DNA of 56,569 nucleotides from an uncultured Bacteroidales bacterium. Lineage in GTDB: Bacteria > Bacteroidota > Bacteroidia > Bacteroidales > WCHB1-69. The notes below the pieces were generated by a model that was given only the letters and a program-made list of their open reading frames with translations, did not search any database and was not told the origin of the DNA. Of the stretch, positions 9,913 through 19,871 are shown piece after piece; position 1 is the stretch's first letter; each line of letters opens with the position of its first letter. The position numbers were made by a program, and so were the translations under genes. The stretch is taken from positions 1 to 56,569 of the forward strand of contig CALAVA010000029.1 of NCBI GenBank assembly GCA_937892025.1, in the 5' to 3' direction.

Positions 9913-10121
9913 TTTGGGCTATTGGTATTATAAAGTTTTTGTGTTGTGCTGTTGGTATATTTTGCATTTGTGCATTCATATTAGCATGCATATCAAGTAT
10001 TATAAATCCAAATTTCGTTGTTGACGAAAATGGTAATAAGGTGGCTGATAAATATGACAATTTAAGGTATTTGCTTGCTATTGTTATGTCGGTTGCGTTG
10101 GGTATAGTTATTGCGTTGTAA
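9909..10121 (+). CDS. Small membrane protein
   Basis: 70 aa with two hydrophobic segments and ATGA overlaps at both ends. Confidence 0.55.
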   Translation: MIWAIGIIKFLCCAVGIFCICAFILACISSIINPNFVVDENGNKVADKYDNLRYLLAIVMSVALGIVIAL

Positions 10122-10375
10122 TGGAAGATAATTTAAAATGGATGGAAGAAAAAGTGACCAAAATTAATGGCCATAAATTTTTTTATCATTTTGTTTGTTT
10201 CTGCCTTTTCAGGCTAAGAAGAAAGATAACATATAAAGATTTGTTTATTTTATATTATGGAATACACAGGAGCAAAATGGGCGAAGACAATGCAAAGAAG
10301 AAAGCATTACAAACAATACTAAAAATTTATAAAGAGAATAACGGAAATTATCCTGATGACAATGAAAAAATATAA
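10121..10375 (+). CDS. Hypothetical protein
   Basis: 84-aa ORF in the gene train. Confidence 0.5.
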   Translation: MEDNLKWMEEKVTKINGHKFFYHFVCFCLFRLRRKITYKDLFILYYGIHRSKMGEDNAKKKALQTILKIYKENNGNYPDDNEKI

Positions 10376-10517
10376 AAAAGAATATTTTGGGGATTTAAGG
10401 CTTGAATTTGAAGATGCAGACCAATATTCTTCAAAGGCAATTGATATTTTAAGAAATTCCAATTCAAGAATAAAAACAGTCAAATACAAGAATGGAAAAA
10501 AAATTAATAAAAAATGA
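10362..10517 (+). CDS. Small hypothetical protein (51 aa)
   Basis: ATG 10362 to TGA 10517, with an ATGA overlap onto the next gene. Below the ORF-track cutoff. Confidence 0.3.
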   Translation: MKKYKKEYFGDLRLEFEDADQYSSKAIDILRNSNSRIKTVKYKNGKKINKK

Positions 10518-11269
10518 TGAACGGTGATGATTATAGACACTTTGTGTGTGTCGTTGCGGGCGATAATCCAGAAAAATTAATGGAAGAATACGACAAAAAT
10601 AAAAAAGTTGAACCATATGTTGTATATCAATATTCAGATGCTGAAAAATTAAGGCAATCATATATTGATAGTTATCAATCCATGTTGGATGATGATTCTG
10701 AAGAATATGATAAAGAATATATTAAGGATATGATACATGATTTATCAGAAATGTCATCAGAAGATTTTTATTATGACATAACAGATGGTTTAATTATTGA
10801 CCCTGACAATGGAAATGCAATGTCAGACGCAAATAAAGATGGGAAATGGAGTTATTATAATCTTGGAAAAATGTTTAGTGTTCCGTTTTTAACAAAAGAC
10901 GAAAGAGAAGTATTCCAAGCAAAAAAAGGAGATATTGATTGGGATAAAATTCATTTATCAAACAGTTATATATATGAACGTGCTTGGGATATGGTTATGA
11001 ATGAATCAAAACCTGAAAATGATTATGAGCAACAAATATATGACAATATGAAAGATAAAGTTGCTTATTTTCAGAAATTTGAAAATAAAGACAATTATGT
11101 AATAAGTAACACAGCATTTTGGGGCTATGCATTCCTTTCAGATAAAATGGGTTGGATGGAAGCAAGTGAATATGATGACCAATTTGTTTGGATGTCAAAT
11201 TTCTACAATATGTTTATACAGAATCTTGATGATGATACATTGCTGACAATATATGAATGTGTTAGATAA
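10514..11269 (+). CDS. Hypothetical acidic protein
   Basis: 251-aa ORF followed by a bidirectional terminator. Confidence 0.65.
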   Translation: MMNGDDYRHFVCVVAGDNPEKLMEEYDKNKKVEPYVVYQYSDAEKLRQSYIDSYQSMLDDDSEEYDKEYIKDMIHDLSEMSSEDFYYDITDGLIIDPDNGNAMSDANKDGKWSYYNLGKMFSVPFLTKDEREVFQAKKGDIDWDKIHLSNSYIYERAWDMVMNESKPENDYEQQIYDNMKDKVAYFQKFENKDNYVISNTAFWGYAFLSDKMGWMEASEYDDQFVWMSNFYNMFIQNLDDDTLLTIYECVR

Positions 11270-11309
11270 AAAAAAAGCGGGCCAATTGGTCCGCTTTTGT
11301 TTTTTTTTT
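11268..11309. terminator. Bidirectional terminator between convergent genes
   Basis: A9-AGCGGGCC-AATT-GGTCCGCT-T-rich run. Confidence 0.8.
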
Positions 11310-11329
11310 ATGATTCCCATTTTTTATTA

Positions 11330-12841
11330 TTATCCAAATATTGCATCATCAGAAAAACCAATTTGTAATTTTCCGTTTTTTTCTTTAATTGAAACTTCAT
11401 TGTTTGTTCCTGTAAGGAAATTTCTTATTGTGGATTTTATTGTTTCTTCTAATGTGCTTGTTAAATCGCTTATTAATTGGTCTACTTTTTGTTTGGCTTC
11501 TTCAATTTTCTTATTGAGCGATTCTTCAAAGTCGTAAAGTTCTCCGTCAATTAATCTCCATTCTTTGTATTTCGCTTCTTCATCGCTACTTGGGCTTGAA
11601 TCTAAAATTACAATTGAGTCACCTTCGCTTAATTGTTTCTTGTGCCAATTACTTCCATCCCATTCATTTATGAAATATCCAACATTTTCGCCAGTTGTGT
11701 CATTCAATACACATTGAATATAATTTTGGTCTTCGCCATTTTCAATCAAATCTCTGTTTTCTCTTTTACCGACATATAGATTTGTTGTTATCCATATTTG
11801 ATTGCCATATCGTTGTGTTGTGTAGTTATTTCCAAGAATTGTTTCAAATCCAAAATAATTACCATGTACATAATCTTTTACAAGTCTTATTGTAAAAAAT
11901 CCATTTTTAATTTCTTGCTTAACGCCACTCAAATCATATGCAAATGTCTTTACATAGTTTTCACGTGTGGTTGCTGAGGTTGTAGTCCATAAAGTTGATT
12001 CTTCACCTATTTTACTGATACTTGCATCTCCTTCGTTATAGATGCCAACTGGTAATATTTCAAAGCCTGCATAATCAAATCCACAAGTTCCGTCATTTTC
12101 AATGTTGTTATCTTCATAGAAGTTCCAATAGTCTTCTGATTTTAATATCTGTCCAGCTGAATATCCAAGTTCACCAACCATTAAATCATTATGGTTTTTG
12201 TGTTGTTCTGTTTCAAAAGAATTAAGTAATATGTCCCAATCTTCTTTACTTGGTATTCTCCAATAACTTCCATTAAGAGATTCTTGTATGGCTTCCATTG
12301 CAGCCTTTGAATACAAATTGCCTGAATATTTAATGTTTTCTTTAGTAAGAATTCTATATCCTGGTTTAATATCTTCTGGAATTGAATTGTGCGGGTCTGT
12401 TAAATCAATATAAGTTTCAGCAGGAGCATAAGTACCTGTTTTTTCTCCTGGGTTTACTCCTAATGGATTTTTGATTGTTCCATCACCTTTTAATGTGCTG
12501 TCTGTATGAACTTCTACTAATGCGTCAGCAGGAAATCCACTTACGGATGCCAATTCATTTCCATTGTATATTACTGATAATTCTCCATTATCCTTGTTAT
12601 ATTCAAATGAAAGTCCGTTAAGTTCACAATCCACAGAAAGGTTTACTTTTAGTTCTTCTCCGTTTGTTCTTACAAGTGTAAGTTCATTTGTACTATCATT
12701 ATAATATGCTGATTCAATATCATATCCTCTTAAAAAGTTGAAATTACTATCAATTTCATTTCCTTTAAGCCCTGTACATCCACTATGGGTAACGTCACCT
12801 TCAAAGAGATTGGTATTGAGTTTGTAGTATATAATGCCCAT
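11330..12841 (-). CDS. Tail fibre / receptor-binding protein with FISUMP-like domain
   Basis: 'YWRIPSKEDWDILL', 'GFEILPVGIY', 'LWTTTS' and 'FTIRLVKD' resemble the Fibrobacter succinogenes major paralogous domain. Coiled-coil C-terminus. Confidence 0.65.
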   Translation of the reverse strand: MGIIYYKLNTNLFEGDVTHSGCTGLKGNEIDSNFNFLRGYDIESAYYNDSTNELTLVRTNGEELKVNLSVDCELNGLSFEYNKDNGELSVIYNGNELASVSGFPADALVEVHTDSTLKGDGTIKNPLGVNPGEKTGTYAPAETYIDLTDPHNSIPEDIKPGYRILTKENIKYSGNLYSKAAMEAIQESLNGSYWRIPSKEDWDILLNSFETEQHKNHNDLMVGELGYSAGQILKSEDYWNFYEDNNIENDGTCGFDYAGFEILPVGIYNEGDASISKIGEESTLWTTTSATTRENYVKTFAYDLSGVKQEIKNGFFTIRLVKDYVHGNYFGFETILGNNYTTQRYGNQIWITTNLYVGKRENRDLIENGEDQNYIQCVLNDTTGENVGYFINEWDGSNWHKKQLSEGDSIVILDSSPSSDEEAKYKEWRLIDGELYDFEESLNKKIEEAKQKVDQLISDLTSTLEETIKSTIRNFLTGTNNEVSIKEKNGKLQIGFSDDAIFG

Positions 12842-12868
12842 ATGTTTATTTTAAATTAAAATTCTTAT

Positions 12869-14455
12869 TTAAGATAAATAGTTTTTTATTGAGTAATAAT
12901 CAATGAGTCCAAGATATATTTTGAATGATTTTATGTCACCTATAAACGAGCCACAGAAGTCTTTTTCTATTGGCAGTATGTATCCAGGGATATCGTAGAA
13001 ATCTGGTGGTAAAACCATTTCTTTAAGACCTATAGACCCACCACCTAATGATATATTATATGGAACGCCTTCTTGTCTTTGATATAAATCATTCAATTCT
13101 TTAAATGAGAGGGCATTTAATTGTTTGCTAATGAATTTTAGATATCCATTAACATAAATCATTATTCTCATTTTTCTTTGCCTTAAATCGCATTTATCAG
13201 ATGTTGGATTAATTATTGCAAATCTCACGTTTATTGAATTCCATTCATCTGGCTTTACCATACCATCTTTTGAATACTCTTCAATCACGCTATAATGATG
13301 GTCCTCATTGTCACAATCTAAAATACCATATTTATATCCAATTGCTCCATTTTCAGTAATTCTTAATGCAAATACATTGTTTTTTATGTCTTTGTATGGG
13401 TCGTATGACAATTCTCCATTCTGTTTTGCAATAAGGTCATATAATGCATATAATTCTTCTATATTGTCAACGGTATATCCTGTTTCAGTTCTGTTTAACC
13501 ACGGGAAATAATTGATATTACGTCTTTTCTTGTCTTTTAATTTGACAATAGCACCATCTACCCAATTATCAACTGTGAAACCAGTGTCAGTTCTGTTGAA
13601 AAATATAAATTTATTATCTGTTGTAATTTCGTAAGATTCATTATCTCCAATGTCCATTCCTTCAGAATCTTTTAACTCTGGGTTTTTAATGTCAGGTTCT
13701 TCTTCGAGGTAATCTTCATCTGAAAAATATCCATCGTTTTCATAGTTGCTATATGGGTCACAAACATATTTCCTCATATATTCAATATTGTCATATAAGC
13801 CCCAAAACTTGTTTTCGGCTCTTGTTCCCATATAAAAGAAAATTCCGTTATTCTGTGGATATGAATTACTTATTGAATTTTCGGCTTGAGTATAATCTGT
13901 TCTTGGCCTTATCTCAAAATGCAATACCATATCATTATAAATGTTATGTGGTAAAACCTGATAATCAAATCCAAATAATTTGAAGAATCCTTGATAAAAT
14001 CCGCCATTGAATTTCATATATTTAGTATCGCCACTTTCAACAAGTTCACTTTCATATTTATAAAGTTGTGTGTTTCCACTTACTGGTGATAAGAACAATC
14101 TTGTATCTCCGGATTCTATTTCATATTCGCTTTTGAAAAATATGTCAAGAAAATCCTTTACTGATAATTTTGTTTTGTCATAACTTATAAATCCATTGTC
14201 AACACCAGTCATTCCAATATCCTTTAATAAAACTCCGTTATTTGTTGACCCAGACCAATATATACTTGAGTATAGTTTTCCGTTTTCAAATATGAAATCA
14301 GAAAAATCTGCAATTGTCATATCTTCAATACTACTAAGTGTTTGATTGTATGCTTCTCCTTTATGCAGCATATAATCATAGTATTTTTGATTAAACAATT
14401 TAGAATCTAATACCCTTGAATGTTTATTTTTAATGTTTTGATGCATAGTATACAA
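12869..14455 (-). CDS. Putative virion/tail-associated protein
   Basis: 528-aa ORF co-oriented with and adjacent to the tail-fibre gene. No motif recognised. Confidence 0.6.
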   Translation of the reverse strand: MYTMHQNIKNKHSRVLDSKLFNQKYYDYMLHKGEAYNQTLSSIEDMTIADFSDFIFENGKLYSSIYWSGSTNNGVLLKDIGMTGVDNGFISYDKTKLSVKDFLDIFFKSEYEIESGDTRLFLSPVSGNTQLYKYESELVESGDTKYMKFNGGFYQGFFKLFGFDYQVLPHNIYNDMVLHFEIRPRTDYTQAENSISNSYPQNNGIFFYMGTRAENKFWGLYDNIEYMRKYVCDPYSNYENDGYFSDEDYLEEEPDIKNPELKDSEGMDIGDNESYEITTDNKFIFFNRTDTGFTVDNWVDGAIVKLKDKKRRNINYFPWLNRTETGYTVDNIEELYALYDLIAKQNGELSYDPYKDIKNNVFALRITENGAIGYKYGILDCDNEDHHYSVIEEYSKDGMVKPDEWNSINVRFAIINPTSDKCDLRQRKMRIMIYVNGYLKFISKQLNALSFKELNDLYQRQEGVPYNISLGGGSIGLKEMVLPPDFYDIPGYILPIEKDFCGSFIGDIKSFKIYLGLIDYYSIKNYLS

Positions 14456-14503
14456 TTATTCTTTAATAAATAGTTTTGTTATAAGAGATTTTTTACAGAA
14501 TAT

Positions 14504-14713
14504 TTGCAATTTAGTTTCACTCTTTATAGCCAAAATATAGAAAATATAATTAATAGAGATTTAGTTAAAAAGAAGTTGTGTGATGAAAATGGGATAAAAT
14601 TAATTTATTATACAAATTTAAAAGATTTTGAAAATAAAAAAGAAAATTTGTATATTAGCAAAAATGATATATTAAATTTTATAAATAATGAAAGATTATT
14701 ACAAAATTCTTGA
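14504..14713 (+). pseudogene. C-terminal remnant of a Vsr/DUF559-like endonuclease
   Basis: 'NRDLVKKKLCDENGIKLIYYTNLKDFE' parallels 'RDDVKQKLCKEKGINIIYYTNINYE' of the 9274-9584 remnant. No ATG start; overlaps the dnaJ start. Confidence 0.45.
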
Positions 14714-15776
14714 AATAACAGATGATGAAAAAAAACTTAATAATGAAGAATTTGCATCTGTATGTAAAAAGAAATATCATTCTTTAGCTTTAAAATTACA
14801 CCCTGATAGATGGGCTAATTCAAGTGAAAAAGAAAAAAAAGAAGCTGAAGAAAAATTTAAAGATGTTGCTGAGGCTTACGAAGTTCTTTCTGACCCACAA
14901 AAACGTGCGCAATATGATAGTGGTGGAATGGATTTTGATTTTGGCGGATTTGACCCAATGGACATTTTCAGAAGAATGAGTGGAATGGGAGGTGGCTTTG
15001 GAAACGACCCATTTGCAAGCGTGTTTGGAGGTGGACAAAGAGTTAATAAAGGTAGTGATATACACGTTGAAGTAACCCTTACATTGGAAGAATGCTATAA
15101 GGGTGGTAAAAAGTCTGTTCAAGTTCAAAAGCAAAAAGAATGTTCACATTGTAATGGAACTGGCTCGTCTGATGGAAGAACACATGTGTGCCCTGTTTGT
15201 AAAGGAAGTGGAATGGAATCAGAGATGAAGCAATTTGGGCGTGGACAATTTAGTGTTATGTCGCATCCTTGCTCAAAATGCCACGGAACTGGTAAAGATA
15301 CTTCATATACTCGTTGCAAGCATTGCAATGGTAGTGGATTAAGTTATGAATATGTGACTGAGCAAATTGACATTCCAAGGGGTATTGATAACGGAATGGC
15401 GTTTAGAGGTGAAGGAAAAGGAAATGCGGCAGAAAGAAATGGAATTAATGGCGATTTGATTGTTCACGTTAAAGTTGCAAAAGACAATTATTTTGAAAGA
15501 CCAGATACTTTGAATTTAATTCATTATGAATCAGTTCCATTTGCGGAGGCTTTACTTGGATTTAAAAAAGAATTTAAATGCATTGACGGAAGTAAAGTGA
15601 CAGTAAATGCACATGAATTAACAAAGCCGGGAGAAGCATTCATTTTCAAAGGGAAAGGTATGCCTGATGTAATGGGAAGTGGAAGAATTGGTGATTATGC
15701 CGTTGTTATTAATTATGAATTACCAAATAAATTAACAAATAAGCAAAAAGAAATACTTAAAAAGTTCTATGAATGA
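14688..15776 (+). CDS. dnaJ: DnaJ-type co-chaperone
   Basis: J domain with 'HPD', a G/F-rich linker, four CxxCxGxG zinc-finger repeats and a C-terminal substrate-binding region. Confidence 0.9.
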   Translation: MKDYYKILEITDDEKKLNNEEFASVCKKKYHSLALKLHPDRWANSSEKEKKEAEEKFKDVAEAYEVLSDPQKRAQYDSGGMDFDFGGFDPMDIFRRMSGMGGGFGNDPFASVFGGGQRVNKGSDIHVEVTLTLEECYKGGKKSVQVQKQKECSHCNGTGSSDGRTHVCPVCKGSGMESEMKQFGRGQFSVMSHPCSKCHGTGKDTSYTRCKHCNGSGLSYEYVTEQIDIPRGIDNGMAFRGEGKGNAAERNGINGDLIVHVKVAKDNYFERPDTLNLIHYESVPFAEALLGFKKEFKCIDGSKVTVNAHELTKPGEAFIFKGKGMPDVMGSGRIGDYAVVINYELPNKLTNKQKEILKKFYE

Positions 15777-16614
15777 AGTTAAAATTGCATTAGTAACGAT
15801 TACAAGGCTTGGAAACAAATATCTTAGAGAGTTTATTGAATACTATCTAAACATTGGTGTTGACAAGATATATTTTTATGATAATAACAGATGGAGAGAA
15901 GAAAACGTTATGGATGTAGTCAGTGACTATGTTAATAATGGCCTTGTTGAAGTGATTTATTTTGGAAATGCCGAGGGAAGAATACAAGAAATTGCATATC
16001 AAGATTTTTATAACAATCACGGAAATGAATATGATTGGATATGCTATTTTGATGATGATGAATATGTTGTTATAAACAGCAACGAAAACCTTAAAAATTT
16101 TTTATCAAATCCAATGTTTTGTGATAAAAATGGAGTTTCTTTTCCAATGATAAATTATTCAGATTCTGGCGTTATTGTTAACAACAAAAACACAAGGCTT
16201 GATGTTTATACACAAATTAAAAATAGAGGAAAAATATGGGCCAATAGTTTTTATAAGACAATTATACGTGGTGGATTAAATGTTACATATATAATTGGAA
16301 AATATGAAGGGGATGATAATATCTATGACAATTCTTTCCACGTTCCTGTTGTTGACTTAAAAGTCTATAACAACATTGTTGATTGTGACGGAAATGAAGT
16401 TACATATTGGGTTACAATGAATGAAACATATAATGGTTATTTAAAACATATTCCCACAGGCTGTATTGACGATTTTATTAATATGAAAATGAAAAGATGT
16501 TGGCCTGGACCAGAAAGAACGGATGTTAAATTTGATTATGAATATTTTTCAAAATACAACAATCCAACTAACGAAAAATACCAATATTATATAGAGCATA
16601 CAAATCTTGAATGA
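15769..16614 (+). CDS. Glycosyltransferase (GT-A fold, GT2/GT92-like)
   Basis: '[35 protein letters not shown]' and the DxD-like 'FDDDEY'. Confidence 0.5.
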   Translation: MNEVKIALVTITRLGNKYLREFIEYYLNIGVDKIYFYDNNRWREENVMDVVSDYVNNGLVEVIYFGNAEGRIQEIAYQDFYNNHGNEYDWICYFDDDEYVVINSNENLKNFLSNPMFCDKNGVSFPMINYSDSGVIVNNKNTRLDVYTQIKNRGKIWANSFYKTIIRGGLNVTYIIGKYEGDDNIYDNSFHVPVVDLKVYNNIVDCDGNEVTYWVTMNETYNGYLKHIPTGCIDDFINMKMKRCWPGPERTDVKFDYEYFSKYNNPTNEKYQYYIEHTNLE

Positions 16615-16688
16615 AATATATTATAATGAAAATAGCATCTGTTACATTAACAAGACTTGGAAACAAGGTACTAAAAAGTAGTGATAGG

Positions 16689-17195
16689 ATGAAGCAAGAA
16701 AAAGATAATAAAATGAAAGTAATATTTCTTGATATTGATGGGACAATCAATAGTTACGAGTACTATGTCTCTGATAGATGTACTGGAAATTTAAATGGTG
16801 TTGAAGGAGACATAGACCCATTGTGCGCTGAACGAATCAATAGAATATGCAAAGAAACTGGCGCTAAAATTGTTCTATCAAGCGATTGGAGAATCAATTG
16901 GCCATACTGTATTGACAGGATTGAGAAAGGTGGAGTTGAACATGGACTTATAATTGATAAGACACCTGAACATATGTGGGTTGAACATTGCACAGGAGAC
17001 TTTTTGGATTGGAGTTCGAGAGGTTCTGAAATTAACGACTGGCTTTCTCAACATCCAGAATGTGACAGGTTTGTTATACTCGATGACAGAAAAGATTTTA
17101 CCGAGGAACAGAAGCCTAATTTTGTCCATGTAAACCCAATGCGTGGGCTTGACGATGATGATGTTAATTTTGCAATTCAAATTTTAAATAGATAA
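16689..17195 (+). CDS. HAD-superfamily phosphatase
   Basis: HAD motif I 'FLDIDGTIN', 'LSSDWR' and 'VILDDR'. The ORF-track start 16611 includes a duplicated fragment of the upstream gene, so ATG 16689 or 16713 is more likely. Confidence 0.6.
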   Translation: MKQEKDNKMKVIFLDIDGTINSYEYYVSDRCTGNLNGVEGDIDPLCAERINRICKETGAKIVLSSDWRINWPYCIDRIEKGGVEHGLIIDKTPEHMWVEHCTGDFLDWSSRGSEINDWLSQHPECDRFVILDDRKDFTEEQKPNFVHVNPMRGLDDDDVNFAIQILNR

Positions 17196-17208
17196 TATTA
17201 TGATACAT

Positions 17209-17346
17209 AAAGATAAATTCAATAGTCCAGTTTATTGGCAAATCGGTACAGATATAAAGTTGTCGTTCCCAACGAAAAAAGAGTACGAAGAAGCAATAAG
17301 AAAAGGCTTGAGACAAGGTTTTATTGGCGTAAAGCATATAATTTGA
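17209..17346 (+). CDS. Small hypothetical protein (45 aa)
   Basis: ATG 17209 to TGA 17346 fills the gap between neighbours. Below the track cutoff. Confidence 0.3.
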   Translation, partial: KDKFNSPVYWQIGTDIKLSFPTKKEYEEAIRKGLRQGFIGVKHII

Positions 17347-17373
17347 CAAAAACAAATAAATTAAAAAAATAAT

Positions 17374-18528
17374 ATGAATAATAAAAAAGAAATTAAACTA
17401 GGGTATGATGATGTTGCTATTGTTCCAGAAGTAGTGACTACAATTTCTTCACGTTCAGAATGTAACCCATATGATGAAGATGGATTTTTGCCCATTTTTG
17501 CAAGTTGTATGAGTTCAGTTGTATCAATTGAAAACACAAAAGATTTTAATAATGCAAAAATTAGAACTGTAATTCCAAGAGATATTTCTATAGATGAAAG
17601 ATTAAATTATATGTTTTCTCAGGCAAATGGATGCGGCACAAATTGTAATTTTGTTTCTTTTTCTTTAAATGAAATTAAAGAATACTTTTTAGGAAAAAAT
17701 TTTGTTACAAAAGGAAGAAAATTTTATAAATCATTTAATGTTTGTATTGATTTAGCAAACGGTCATATGCAGGAAGTTATTGAAACAGTAAAAATTCTAA
17801 AAGAACGATATGGTAACGGAATTTGTATAATGACTGGAAATATTGCAAATCCTGAAACATATAAACTTTATGAACAAGCAGGTCTTGATTATTTGAGGTG
17901 TCAAATAGGTTCTGGACAAGCATGTTTAACTTCGAGTAATGTGTCAATACATTTTCCAGTATTTTCTTTATTGTCAGAAATTTACGAAATTAAAAAACAA
18001 ATTAATGGTAAATGTAAAATTATTGCTGATGGTGGTATTCATGGATATAGAGATATTCAAAAAGCATTAATTTATGCTGATTATGTGATGATTGGAAGTT
18101 TATTCAATAAAGCAATGGAAAGTAATGGGAAGACGACATATGGAACTTTTTATTGGAATATACGTGGAAAAAAAATTGTAAGGCCAATTAAAACATTATT
18201 ATATTATGGCCGTAGTATACCAAAATCAAAATATGAAAAATGTTATTCTATGCTAAAAAATGGAAAATTAACAATTTGGAAACAATTTTTTGGGCAAAGC
18301 ACTAAATTAGCACAATCATTAATAAATACAGCAAATAAATTACAATCAAAATTAAAAACATCCGAAGGACTTATAAAATATCAAAAAGTTGAATATGATA
18401 TTCATGGATGGGCTGAAAATGAAACTGATTATTTGAAATCTGCAATGAGTTATACAAATTCAAGAACACTAGATGAATATAAAGACTCTCAATGGATAAG
18501 AATTTCTAAAATTGACTATAATAACTGA
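17374..18528 (+). CDS. IMP dehydrogenase / GMP reductase family protein
   Basis: 'GYDDVAIVPE', the catalytic-loop-like 'IGSGQACLTS' and 'IADGGIHGYRDIQKALIYADYVMIGSLF'. The stop codon TGA lies inside repeat copy B. Confidence 0.7.
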   Translation: MNNKKEIKLGYDDVAIVPEVVTTISSRSECNPYDEDGFLPIFASCMSSVVSIENTKDFNNAKIRTVIPRDISIDERLNYMFSQANGCGTNCNFVSFSLNEIKEYFLGKNFVTKGRKFYKSFNVCIDLANGHMQEVIETVKILKERYGNGICIMTGNIANPETYKLYEQAGLDYLRCQIGSGQACLTSSNVSIHFPVFSLLSEIYEIKKQINGKCKIIADGGIHGYRDIQKALIYADYVMIGSLFNKAMESNGKTTYGTFYWNIRGKKIVRPIKTLLYYGRSIPKSKYEKCYSMLKNGKLTIWKQFFGQSTKLAQSLINTANKLQSKLKTSEGLIKYQKVEYDIHGWAENETDYLKSAMSYTNSRTLDEYKDSQWIRISKIDYNN

Positions 18529-18606
18529 CATACTCCCACGATTGAAATCGTGGTGTTCTTAATCAATTTCAAGAACACGTATTTGTTAATAAGTTATACT
18601 TATTAA
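18525..18606 (+). repeat. Structured repeat, copy B (5' half: hairpins 1-3)
   Basis: CTGACATACTCCCACGAT-TGAA-ATCGTGG, GTTCTT..AAGAAC and TTAATAAGT-TAT-ACTTATTAA, then the similarity breaks off. Confidence 0.85.
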
Positions 18607-18611
18607 AAAGA

Positions 18612-18716
18612 AAATATGCAAAAAAATATAATTTAAAATATATTGAACTTAGGTTTAATGATTATAAAAACTTTGAAAAAATAAAAAATAAAATAGAGGA
18701 TATTAATTATAAATGA
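18612..18716 (+). pseudogene. Possible endonuclease C-terminal remnant
   Basis: The open frame 'KYAKKYNLKYIELRFNDYKNFEKIKNKIEDINYK*' has no start codon and weakly resembles the tails of the remnants at 9274 and 14504. Confidence 0.25.
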
Positions 18717-18717
18717 T

Positions 18718-19047
18718 ATGGTAAAATTAATGAACAAGCCATCAGACGATGAGCTTAAATACAAAAGCAAAAAGCTATTTTACGGCAGGGACCTTGAAGA
18801 CTACGTTACCAATTCAGTGTTTAATGATTGGTGCAGGTTTAACTTTGTTGAACGTGGCGTAAAAGAAAAGATTGAAAAGGGCAGGATGTATAAGGCGTGG
18901 TTTGAATACTATGATGCTTCGGACACAATGGATAGTTCTTGCAAATATGTCATTTACTATATCGAAGAAGTACCAGAAGACATAGAAAAAGCTTATAACG
19001 ATTGGAAAATAAATGAACAAAAAGTTAAAGACTATTTGTTTAATTAA
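18718..19047 (+). CDS. Hypothetical protein
   Basis: 109-aa ORF. Confidence 0.6.
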   Translation: MVKLMNKPSDDELKYKSKKLFYGRDLEDYVTNSVFNDWCRFNFVERGVKEKIEKGRMYKAWFEYYDASDTMDSSCKYVIYYIEEVPEDIEKAYNDWKINEQKVKDYLFN

Positions 19048-19081
19048 TAATTTTTTTGTATGTTAATTAAAAATTTTTATT

Positions 19082-19474
19082 ATGGCATTTAAGAAGATTT
19101 CATTAACAAACGAGCATTTGAAGCTTATTGAAAACATTAAATTTGAGAAGTTTGTGTTTGATATGGACACAAGAAACGGACGTTTTGGATGGGGTATTGA
19201 CCAATATAGTTTGTTTGGTGGAAGCTATGCAATGGAAGACATTGCTTTGATTCTTGGCCATTGGGATGAGTATATCCGTGGAACTGAGAATGACCCTATG
19301 GGAAGACGTTATCCTGATGAATTGGAAAACCATATGTGGGACTTGTACCATTATATTTGGGATAATATGGAACATATTGTTAAACTTGTGTTTTATTTTA
19401 ATAATAAAGGCGGATTGACTCCTGGTGAGTACAAATTCGACACCAATAACGAAACTTGGAAACAAATTAATTGA
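19082..19474 (+). CDS. Hypothetical protein
   Basis: 130-aa ORF; the antisense ORF of similar length is low-complexity. Confidence 0.6.
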   Translation: MAFKKISLTNEHLKLIENIKFEKFVFDMDTRNGRFGWGIDQYSLFGGSYAMEDIALILGHWDEYIRGTENDPMGRRYPDELENHMWDLYHYIWDNMEHIVKLVFYFNNKGGLTPGEYKFDTNNETWKQIN

Positions 19475-19794
19475 TTATGAAAGAATATTGTGTGTTAAGC
19501 GGCCAAGAAATTACAGATAAAGGTATTGAGCCGCTTTTTAAAAAGATGTGTCTGAATTGTACTACTTGCGTTATCAATGACGAAAAGTACAGATGCACCA
19601 ATGAAAAAGTGATGGAAGTTGGTAAAAAGAAAATATTGGAAAATCTTCCTGAAGGATATGAGATTGAAAATCTTACATTGAAGCCAATGGAACTTAAAGA
19701 CCCAACTAAGAAATGTTGGAACTACAAGCCGAATATGGAATTGATTGAAACTAAAGTTAAGGAATTTTTTCTATCAGAAGATGGGGGTAAATGA
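19471..19794 (+). CDS. Hypothetical protein (Cys-containing)
   Basis: 107-aa ORF with an ATGA overlap and 'CLNCTTC...YRC'. Confidence 0.6.
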   Translation: MIMKEYCVLSGQEITDKGIEPLFKKMCLNCTTCVINDEKYRCTNEKVMEVGKKKILENLPEGYEIENLTLKPMELKDPTKKCWNYKPNMELIETKVKEFFLSEDGGK

Positions 19795-19817
19795 TAGCCT
19801 TGTGTGCAAATGCTGAC

Positions 19818-19856
19818 AAAAAAAAAGAGCGTCTTAATAGGCGCTCTTTTATTTTT
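19818..19856. terminator. Bidirectional terminator
   Basis: A9-AGAGCG-loop-CGCTCT-TTTATTTTT between convergent genes. Confidence 0.75.
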
Positions 19857-19871
19857 CTATTATGTTATTTA

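Noticed and set aside
11253-11537. A + strand ORF of 94 aa.
   Set aside because: It starts inside the stop region of the upstream gene, spans the bidirectional terminator and lies antisense to the tail-fibre C-terminus. It is low-complexity.
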